Source of the DNA: Escherichia coli
Lineage (GTDB): Bacteria; Pseudomonadota; Gammaproteobacteria; Enterobacterales; Enterobacteriaceae
Length of the DNA stretch: 64,000 nt
Assembly (NCBI RefSeq): GCF_041248615.1
Contig: NZ_CP158426.1
Direction: 5' to 3' (one strand)
Below the pieces are notes generated by a model. It was not told the DNA's origin and searched no databases. It saw only the letters and a list, made by a program, of their open reading frames with translations. Below are positions 55,659-64,000 of the stretch, piece by piece. The position numbers were made by a program, and so were the translations under genes. How positions within the stretch are numbered: position 1 is the first letter of the stretch; each line of letters opens with the position of its first letter.

Positions 55659-58054
55659 ATCGCCCCTGCGGTGACGTCGCGCCCCGCGCCAGGCCCACGG
55701 ATCACCAGAGGGTTATCGCGATACCAGCGGCTTTCGATGGCAAAGACGTTATCGCACGGCAGCAGTGATGCCAGCGGATGGTCTTCACGCACCGCTTCCA
55801 CGCCCACACGCGCTTTGCCATTGGCATCGAAACGCGCCACGTAGCGCAGCACCAGCCCCATTTCGCGGGCCGCTTCCAGCCGTTGCACCATCTGCTCGTT
55901 AAGTTCATCGCCGTTTTCAAAGAAATGGTCGATGCTACCACCTTCGCAATGGGCAGGCACCAGCGATTCCACGCGCACCTGATCTGGTTCGATGTCGTAA
56001 CCCGCTTCACGCGCCAGAATCACCAGCTTGCGCATCACGTCTTTGCCGGAAAGGTCATCACGCGGATCAGGCTCGGTTAAGCCCTGCTGCCACGCCTGAT
56101 CCACCAGCTCGGTAAACGGCACGCTACCGTCGAATTGCAGGAACAGCCAGGAGAGCGTGCCGGAGAAGATCCCACTGATCGACAAAATAGTATCGCCGCT
56201 GTCGATCAGATCGCGCACGGTATGGTTGATCGGCAAGCCCGCACCGACGGTGGCGTTGTACAGCCAGTGACGCCCGGTTTTTTCGAAGGCGTCGTGGATC
56301 TGGCGATATTTATTGCTGTCGCTGGCTCCCGCCAGTTTGTTGGCGCTGATGACGTGGAAACCGTGGCTGGCAAAATCGAGATACTGATCAGCAAGCTGCT
56401 GGCTGGCGGTAACGTCCAACACCACTAAATCATCATACGGATGGGCGCGCATCCACAGGAACAGCGACTCTTCATCCTGCTCGACCGCTTCATCGTTGAA
56501 GAAGGCTAACGCGCGGCTGGCGTCCAGCCCGTCATAACTCAACAGGCTACGGCGGCTGTCCACCACGCCTGCCAGCACAAATTCAAAGCCGGTACGCGCC
56601 GAGAGCGTGCTCTGCTCACGGGCGAACAGTTCCAGCCAGCGGGAACCGATATTGCCCTTGCCGAACAATACCAGGCCGATGCGTTTTTCTGCGCGGAAGA
56701 CGGACTGATGCAGCCCCTGAATCAGGCTTTCGGTCGGTCCGGTGCGCAGTACTGCCACCAGGCTGATGCCGTCATCCGACTGCCAGGTAAATTCGACCGG
56801 CTGGCCTTTCAGTTGCTGCCAGAAGCGGTGGCAATGCAGCGGGTTACGGGTTACGCCCGCCCCAACCATCGCCACCAGCGCCAGCCCCTGACGCAGGCGC
56901 AGTTCGCCAGGTAATCCCGCTTCGTCGAGGATTTTCAGCGCACTGTCGGCCACTTCTGAGGTGTAGCAAAATTGCAGCAACTGGCGATCGTTATGTACGC
57001 CAACCGCCAGTGGGCGCACCTGAGCACGTTTCAGGATCTGGTCGATCTCTTTATGCGCCAGTTTGAAATCCTGGCTGGTGGGCACCTGAAACTCAATCAA
57101 GCAGACATCATCGTGGCTGGTGACAATACGCGCACCAGTACCGGAGGCCAGCACGCGTTCAATGCGCGTGGAACCTTGATCCGGCGTGTAGCTACAGCGC
57201 AGCTGCAGGTCAATTTCGCTGCCAGAAACCGGCTGTAAAGTACGGGCGTGAAGAACGGGAGCCGCCAGACGCGCCAGTTCGCTGGCCTCATCCAGACGCA
57301 GCAACGGCAGCAGGCAGGCATCTTTCACTTTACGCGGGTCGGCACTGTATACCCCGGCGACGTCGCTCCAGATGGTGACGCGAGAAACACCCGCCAGCGC
57401 ACCGATTTGTGTCGCGGAATAGTCGGAACCGTTACGCCCCAGCAGCACCGTTTCACCGGCGTTGTTACGGCTGATAAACCCGGTCACCACCAGACGTTTG
57501 CCCGGATGTTGCACCAGTAGCTGTTGCAGCAACGGGTAAGAAAGCCCTTCATCAACCTGCGGTTGCGCAGCGCGTTCAGCGCGTAAAAACTCGCGGGCAT
57601 CAAGCCAGGCCGCTGGCAGCCCTTGTTGATTAAGCACCGCAGACATCAGGCGCGCCGACCACACTTCACCGTGACCCACCACTTCCGCATACACCGCATC
57701 GTTAATACCGCTGTCGAGCAGCGCCGCCAGGCGCTCAAGATCGCTGACAAAAGCGCTAATGAGGCTATCGGCTTCTTCGGCGGGTAGCAGGCCGCTAATC
57801 AGATCGCACTGATAGCGACGCAGCGTTTGTTGAACCTGATGCGCAGAGAGACGATCGGTCTGACTTAGTTTCAACCAGTTAATCAACTGGTTAGTGGTGC
57901 TACCGGCGGCGGAAACCACCATCATATCGTCAGGCTGAGAGTACTCCGCCATAATGCCCGCGACACGCAAATAACACTTCACATCAGCCAGACTACTGCC
58001 ACCAAATTTATGCAGTTGACGACCTTTCGCCCCTGCCTGCGCAATCACACTCAT
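55622..58054 (-). CDS. metL: bifunctional aspartokinase II / homoserine dehydrogenase II
   Basis: 810-aa product MSVIAQAGAKGRQLHKFGGSSLADVKCYLRVAGIMAEYSQPDDMMVVSAAGSTTNQLINWLKLSQTDRLSAHQ... ending ...AIQSDINRLAQLL; immediately downstream of metB. Confidence 0.96.
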   Translation of the reverse strand: MSVIAQAGAKGRQLHKFGGSSLADVKCYLRVAGIMAEYSQPDDMMVVSAAGSTTNQLINWLKLSQTDRLSAHQVQQTLRRYQCDLISGLLPAEEADSLISAFVSDLERLAALLDSGINDAVYAEVVGHGEVWSARLMSAVLNQQGLPAAWLDAREFLRAERAAQPQVDEGLSYPLLQQLLVQHPGKRLVVTGFISRNNAGETVLLGRNGSDYSATQIGALAGVSRVTIWSDVAGVYSADPRKVKDACLLPLLRLDEASELARLAAPVLHARTLQPVSGSEIDLQLRCSYTPDQGSTRIERVLASGTGARIVTSHDDVCLIEFQVPTSQDFKLAHKEIDQILKRAQVRPLAVGVHNDRQLLQFCYTSEVADSALKILDEAGLPGELRLRQGLALVAMVGAGVTRNPLHCHRFWQQLKGQPVEFTWQSDDGISLVAVLRTGPTESLIQGLHQSVFRAEKRIGLVLFGKGNIGSRWLELFAREQSTLSARTGFEFVLAGVVDSRRSLLSYDGLDASRALAFFNDEAVEQDEESLFLWMRAHPYDDLVVLDVTASQQLADQYLDFASHGFHVISANKLAGASDSNKYRQIHDAFEKTGRHWLYNATVGAGLPINHTVRDLIDSGDTILSISGIFSGTLSWLFLQFDGSVPFTELVDQAWQQGLTEPDPRDDLSGKDVMRKLVILAREAGYDIEPDQVRVESLVPAHCEGGSIDHFFENGDELNEQMVQRLEAAREMGLVLRYVARFDANGKARVGVEAVREDHPLASLLPCDNVFAIESRWYRDNPLVIRGPGAGRDVTAGAIQSDINRLAQLL

Positions 58055-58056
58055 TT

Positions 58057-59217
58057 TTACCCCTTGTTTGCAGCCCGGAAGCCATTTTCCAGGTCGGCAA
58101 TTAAATCTTCGCCATCTTCAATACCGGTGGAGATACGCAGCAGCGTCTCGGAGATCCCGGCGGCAGCACGCGCTTCTGGTGCCATGCCTGCATGTGTCAT
58201 GGTTGCGGCGTGAGAGATTAAACTTTCCACTCCCCCTAATGATTCCGCCAGCGTAAACAACGACAGCCCGCCCAGGAAACGACGCAGCGTCTGCTCATCG
58301 CCATCCAGTTCAAAACTCAACATTGCGCCAAAGCCTTTTTGCTGGCGCGCGGCAATTTCATGCCCCTGATTTTCCGGCAGCGACGGGTGATACAGTTTTT
58401 TCACCAACGGCTGGGTTTGCAGATATTTCACAATCGCCTGCGCGTTGCGCTGGGCCAGCTCCATACGCGGCACCAGCGTTCGCAAACCACGTAGCAGCAG
58501 ATAGCTGTCAAACGCGCCGCCCGTCACGCCAATATTATTTGCCCACCAGGCCAGTTCGGTGACAACGTCCGGATCTTTAGCAATCACCACGCCGGCCACC
58601 ACGTCTGAGTGACCGTTCAGATATTTCGTGCATGAATGCAACACCAGATCGGCACCTAATGCCAGCGGATTTTGTAATGCCGGGCTTAAGAAGGTGTTAT
58701 CCACCACGCTCACCGCCCCGACTTCCCTTGCCAGATGGCAGATTTTCGCAATATCCACGACGCGTAACAATGGATTACTTGGGCTTTCTACCAGTACCAG
58801 TTTGGGGTTTTCTGCCAGCGCTGCCCGTAATGCCTGTTCATCGCCTTGATCAACAAACAACACGCGATAGCAACCGCGTTTCGCCAGGCTGTCGAACAGG
58901 CGATAGCTGCCTCCGTAGCAGTCGTGCGGCGCAACCAGCAGATCGCCAGGTTTCAAAAAGACGGTCGTTACCAGGTGAATCGCGGACATGCCGGTATTAG
59001 TAAGTACTGCACCAGCACCGCCTTCCAGTTCTGCCAGCGCACGCTGAACCACATCGCGCGTTGGGTTGCCGCGCCGCGAGTAATCATGCGCGCGCGGTTC
59101 ATTAAATCCGGTAAAGTTATAGGTGCTGGAAAGATGGATGGGAGGGACAACGCAACCATACTGTTCGTCGTCATTTAACCCGCTACGCACTGCGATGGTG
59201 GCCTGTTTACGCGTCAT
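58057..59217 (-). CDS. metB: cystathionine gamma-synthase (386 aa)
   Basis: Product from MTRKQATIAVRSGLNDDEQYGCVVPPIHLSSTYNFTGFNEPRAHDYSRRGNPTRDVVQRALAELEGGAGAV...; track ORF over-extended by 59 codons into the promoter region. Confidence 0.95.
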   Translation of the reverse strand: MTRKQATIAVRSGLNDDEQYGCVVPPIHLSSTYNFTGFNEPRAHDYSRRGNPTRDVVQRALAELEGGAGAVLTNTGMSAIHLVTTVFLKPGDLLVAPHDCYGGSYRLFDSLAKRGCYRVLFVDQGDEQALRAALAENPKLVLVESPSNPLLRVVDIAKICHLAREVGAVSVVDNTFLSPALQNPLALGADLVLHSCTKYLNGHSDVVAGVVIAKDPDVVTELAWWANNIGVTGGAFDSYLLLRGLRTLVPRMELAQRNAQAIVKYLQTQPLVKKLYHPSLPENQGHEIAARQQKGFGAMLSFELDGDEQTLRRFLGGLSLFTLAESLGGVESLISHAATMTHAGMAPEARAAAGISETLLRISTGIEDGEDLIADLENGFRAANKG

Positions 59218-59278
59218 GTGATGAAGTTCCCTGGGCTTTGTCGGTGAAATGTCAGGCACCAGAGTAAACATTGTGTTA

Positions 59279-59307
59279 ATGGACGTCAATACATCTGGAC
59301 ATCTAAA
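59279..59307. promoter_or_regulatory. MetJ operator (tandem met boxes) in the divergent metB / metJ control region (approximate)
   Basis: TGGACGTC AATACATC TGGACATC TAAACT: tandem 8-bp repeats resembling AGACGTCT between the divergent metB and metJ starts. Confidence 0.6.
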
Positions 59308-59493
59308 CTTCTTTGCGTATAGATTGAGCAAATCCCAAATAGCCGTTAAAATTATATGCATTATCACGCCGACAGGTGCATTACACGATGTCACGGTAGC
59401 GCCTGTACGGTAAACTATGCGGGTTTACGGTCAGTACCCACATAAATTGTGTGGTCTGGTCTCAATTTATTGACGAAGAGGATTAAGTATCTC

Positions 59494-59811
59494 ATGGCTG
59501 AATGGAGCGGCGAATATATCAGCCCATACGCTGAGCACGGCAAGAAGAGTGAACAAGTCAAAAAGATTACGGTTTCCATTCCTCTTAAGGTGTTAAAAAT
59601 CCTCACCGATGAACGCACGCGTCGTCAGGTGAACAACCTGCGTCACGCTACCAACAGCGAGCTGCTGTGCGAAGCGTTTCTGCATGCCTTTACCGGGCAA
59701 CCTTTGCCGGATGATGCCGATCTGCGTAAAGAGCGCAGCGACGAAATCCCGGAAGCGGCAAAAGAGATCATGCGTGAGATGGGGATTAACCCGGAGACGT
59801 GGGAATACTAA
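59494..59811 (+). CDS. metJ: methionine repressor MetJ (105 aa)
   Basis: Product [105 protein letters not shown]; track ORF over-extended by 15 codons. Confidence 0.97.
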
Positions 59812-59870
59812 AGCGGAAAAGAGCGGCGCGGAGTTAACCAGCCGCTTTTTTCATACATGGACGTTTAACG

Positions 59871-60479
59871 ATGAAAATCAGGCTACTGATCCTCAGCCTG
59901 CTGGTTTCTGTGCCTGCATTTGCCTGGCAACCACAAACCGGCGACATCATCTTTCAGATCTCTCGCTCATCGCAAAGTAAAGCGATCCAACTGGCGACCC
60001 ATTCCGATTACAGCCACACCGGTATGCTGGTGATACGCAACAAAAAGCCCTACGTTTTTGAAGCGGTCGGCCCGGTGAAATACACCCCGCTCAAGCAGTG
60101 GATTGCCCATGGTGAAAAGGGCAAATACGTTGTTCGCCGCGTTGAAGGCGGACTGAGTGTTAAACAACAGCAAAAACTGGCGCAAACGGCAAAACGTTAT
60201 CTCGGCAAACCGTATGATTTCAGCTTCTCGTGGAGCGACGATCGCCAGTACTGTTCGGAAGTGGTGTGGAAGGTTTATCAGAATGCGCTGGGAATGCGCG
60301 TGGGCGAACAGCAGAAGTTGAAAGAGTTCGACCTGAGCAGCCCACAAGTTCAGGCAAAGCTCAAAGAACGTTACGGCAAGAATATTCCGCTTGAGGAAAC
60401 GGTGGTCTCGCCACAAGCCGTTTTCGATGCGCCACAACTCACCACTGTTGCCAAAGAATGGCCGCTGTTTTCGTGGTAA
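59871..60479 (+). CDS. yiiX: DUF830 / permuted papain-like (NlpC/P60-type) protein YiiX with signal peptide
   Basis: 202-aa product MKIRLLILSLLVSVPAFAWQPQTGDIIFQISRSSQSKAIQLATHSDYSHTGMLVIRNKKPYVFEAVGPVKYTPLKQWIAHGEKGKYVVRRVEGG... Confidence 0.92.
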   Translation: MKIRLLILSLLVSVPAFAWQPQTGDIIFQISRSSQSKAIQLATHSDYSHTGMLVIRNKKPYVFEAVGPVKYTPLKQWIAHGEKGKYVVRRVEGGLSVKQQQKLAQTAKRYLGKPYDFSFSWSDDRQYCSEVVWKVYQNALGMRVGEQQKLKEFDLSSPQVQAKLKERYGKNIPLEETVVSPQAVFDAPQLTTVAKEWPLFSW

Positions 60480-60623
60480 TGGATGATAAAAAAAATAATT
60501 CCCGCCGTAGTCTGTTTGTTGCTTTGTAGTTGCACGACCTTTCCGCAAGCTGTCGCTCCGGTAAACGGTGATGCCTCCAATTAGTTGAATTAAGGATATA
60601 ATACTCGCTTTTAAGGTTGTTTC

Positions 60624-60896
60624 ATGGTCACAGTTAACCTTCATTGTCCCCGTTGCCAGTCCGTTCAGGTTTACCGTCACGGGCAGAACCCCAAAAGACA
60701 TGATCGATTCCGCGGCCGTGACTGTCACCGGGTATTTCAGCTCAGTTACTGTTACGAGCCCCGTAAACCAGGAGTTAAAGACCAAATCGCTGAAATGGCT
60801 TTCAACGGTGCCGGGGTTCGCTATACTGCCCTTACGCTGAAAATCGGCATTAATACAGTCATCCGAACTTTAAAAAACTCTCGCCACGAAAAATAA
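60624..60896 (+). CDS. insA: IS1-family InsA-like protein (divergent)
   Basis: 90-aa product MVTVNLHCPRCQSVQVYRHGQNPKRHDRFRGRDCHRVFQLSYCYEPRKPGVKDQIAEMAFNGAGVRYTALTLKIGINTVIRTLKNSRHEK; aligns with IS1 InsA (CPxC...MAxNGxGxRxTA...NTxxRxLKNS) but first Cys of the second zinc pair is Gly. Confidence 0.75.
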   Translation: MVTVNLHCPRCQSVQVYRHGQNPKRHDRFRGRDCHRVFQLSYCYEPRKPGVKDQIAEMAFNGAGVRYTALTLKIGINTVIRTLKNSRHEK

Positions 60897-60914
60897 CGTC
60901 ATCCCCGGTCGCTC

Positions 60915-61330
60915 ATGCTGATGTGGCACTCATCTGCGAACTTAGTCAGCAATGGAGCTTTGTCGGCAGTAAAGCGCGACAGCACTGGCTCTGGTACGTG
61001 TACAACACGAAAACTGGTGGTGTTCTGGCCTACACTTTTGGCCCCCGGACTGATGAAACCTGTCGTGAACTGCTGGCGCTGCTTACCCTTTTACCATCGG
61101 CATGTTGACCACTGACGAATGGGGTAGTTACGCTAGAGAGTTACCAAAGGAGAAGCATCTGACTGGTAAGATTTTTACTCAGCACATTGAGCGTAACAAT
61201 CTGACCCTGAGAACCCGAATCAAACGTCTGGCCCGCAGAACCATCTGTTTCTCGCGTTCTGTAGAACTTCATGAAAAAGTCATCGGTGCTTTTATCGAAA
61301 ATATATGTTCTACTAATTGGAGTCATCACC
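60915..61330 (+). pseudogene. insB: IS1-family insB-like transposase gene, frameshifted and lacking in-element stop
   Basis: Two overlapping frames (60923..61108 and 61102..61416) each match part of IS1 InsB (WxYVxxKxRQxWL...; ...KxxTQxIERxNLxLRxxxxRLxRxxxxFSxSVELHxKVIG); second frame reads through the right IR into flanking DNA. Confidence 0.7.
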
Positions 61331-61385
61331 CTTCTGATGAGCTTTCCTTGGATGATTACCAGACTGAATACACAGCCAAAGATTT

Positions 61386-61709
61386 TTACCTCATTCTGCT
61401 CTTTTTTCTCAAATGACATATATTATATTTTACATCATATTCATAGGCATATGACATTCCCCCGCCCCCCATTATGTCATTGTGGGTTGATGTTGGGCTT
61501 TCATAAAAAAATACATCTTTTTTTGAACTAGCATTAATTATATTTACTTTATATATTAAAATATTTTCTCCATCTGGAAATATTTTAGCCACACAATATA
61601 AAGCAGCTAAATCCGAATTACTTAAAAATATATTGTCATCACTCATAACTCCAGCCATTAAATGACTGGAGACTAAAGCAAGGAAATAACAACATTGTAT
61701 TACCTTCAT
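61386..61709 (-). CDS. candidate Rhs immunity protein (orphaned by IS5 insertion)
   Basis: 107-aa ORF from ATG at 61707-61709 (MKVIQCCYFLALVSSHLMAGVMSDDNIFLS...), SD AGGGAG 8 nt upstream; start lies 1 nt after the reconstructed Rhs toxin stop; very AT-rich; track ORF start at 61769 is inside IS5 and rejected. Confidence 0.5.
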   Translation of the reverse strand: MKVIQCCYFLALVSSHLMAGVMSDDNIFLSNSDLAALYCVAKIFPDGENILIYKVNIINASSKKDVFFYESPTSTHNDIMGGGGMSYAYEYDVKYNICHLRKKSRMR

Positions 61710-61710
61710 T

Positions 61711-61754
61711 TTAATTACTCCCTTGCCTGATAATTGTAACTCCATTCCCTTTAG
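61711..61754 (-). other. displaced 3' end of Rhs toxin reading frame (last 13 codons plus stop), separated from the rest of the gene by IS5
   Basis: Joining 62955 to 61754 across IS5 (one TTAG copy removed) continues the Rhs frame as ...NPKAKGNGVTIIRQGSN-stop, with TAA at 61711-61713. Confidence 0.6.
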
Positions 61755-62950
<1,196 letters not shown>

Positions 62951-64000
62951 TTAGCTTTGGGATTATATTTTAGATAGGTGTTATTTGGTGTTCCCAAGTA
63001 ACTACTGTATTCTTTTTTTCCCATTCCATTCATATAAGAATTCGTTAAATCTTTGCTTGAAAAATTTAGACTATCATAAACATCATTTTCTTTTGTTACT
63101 TTATTGCCTTTATCGTCAGAGTAAAAACCGTGAGTGTGATAATCGCCTACTCTCTCTGAACCTTCAGGGCATTTTATATTTCGCAAGTCTACACTATCAT
63201 TATCATTTGAACTTATCGGATTCATGGGGAAATATTCACCTTGCTTCTTACATATTAGCCCACCATATTCTTTATTCTCGTTAATTGATTCTCCATTACA
63301 CATTGCCAATGCAAATATTCCAATATCATCTATATTTTTTGATTTAAATTCATATAATCCTAATGGATCTATATTTGAGATCGGATTCAACGGATACTGA
63401 TAAAAATTCCATCCCCCCTTCAGCCCAATCGGATCCTGAGTGATATACCGCCCCTGCAGCGGGTCATAATAGCGGTGGCGGTTGTAATAGAGGCCGGACT
63501 CCTCATCATACTGCTGACCCGGCAGGCGGATGAGCTGCTGCAGCTGGTGCGGGTTCTCTTCATTCAGCAGGTTGCCCCATTCATCGTATTCTGCGCACCA
63601 TTCTGTTGCCCCTTCCGTGCTGACAAGCGCCAGCGGCAGGCCGCGATGGTCGCAGTGGTACAGGTGGATTTTTCGCGCCGGCGTGTACACCGGGTCCATC
63701 TGGTTTTGTATCTGCTCCACCGTCAGGCCGCACGATGCCAGCCAGCGGCGGCTTTCCTCACTCACCCGGTCAGCCAGGATTTCACTTTCCAGCCGGTCGA
63801 GCATCTGCACCAGCACCGGCGGGAACACCACACTGCCACCGTCTTCACCGCCGGACTGCTGAAGCGCATCCGCCAGGCTGCGGCGCTGCGTTTTCGCCAG
63901 CTCACCGGTGGCAGTTTCAACTCTGATGAGTGGCGTGAAGCTCCCCGGCTGATAAACCGTCTGGATGCGGGTTCTGTCGTTCTGTATTGTGGTCAGCCGG

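Larger units (their letters stand above)
60567..61330 (+). mobile_element. IS1-family insertion sequence (divergent, degenerate; about 764 bp)
   Basis: Terminal inverted repeats GGTGATGCCTCCAATTAGTTGAA (left) and TTCTACTAATTGGAGTCATCACC (right) resembling IS1 IRs; insA-like and frameshifted insB-like frames inside; 9-bp flanks ccggtaaac / cttctgatg are not a duplication. Confidence 0.8.

Overview
This 64-kb window is Escherichia coli-type core chromosome, in reverse orientation relative to the usual K-12 map, running from the 5' end of rpoC to yiiX, followed by a mobile/accessory tail. Gene calls rest on my reading of the supplied ORF translations and on recalled K-12 gene order; no database search was run. 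Core content: rpoB, rplL-rplJ-rplA-rplK, nusG, secE, tufB with four upstream tRNAs (thrU-tyrU-glyT-thrT), coaA, birA, murB, a complete rrnB-type rRNA operon (16S, tRNA-Glu, 23S, 5S, all minus strand), murI, btuB with its B12 riboswitch leader, trmA, yijD, fabR, sthA, oxyR, oxyS, argH-argB-argC and divergent argE, ppc, eptC, yijO, frwD-pflC-pflD-frwB-frwC, ptsA-fsaB-gldA, yijF, yijE, katG, metF, metL-metB, metJ and yiiX. Start codons were corrected where the ORF track over-extends the N-terminus. Three places depart from the K-12 arrangement and are the most interesting: (1) a roughly 3-kb insertion between metF and metL carrying a secreted 5'-nucleotidase-family metallophosphoesterase and a divergently transcribed 376-aa protein with tandem zinc ribbons, one resembling the IS1 InsA zinc finger, with a perfect consensus CRP site between them; (2) after yiiX, a degenerate IS1-family element, then an Rhs C-terminal toxin and candidate immunity gene that have been split apart by an IS5 insertion with intact TTAG target duplications; (3) an rRNA operon 3' end with a single terminator and murB only 134 bp downstream. 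No CRISPR array, prophage or defence-island architecture was seen.
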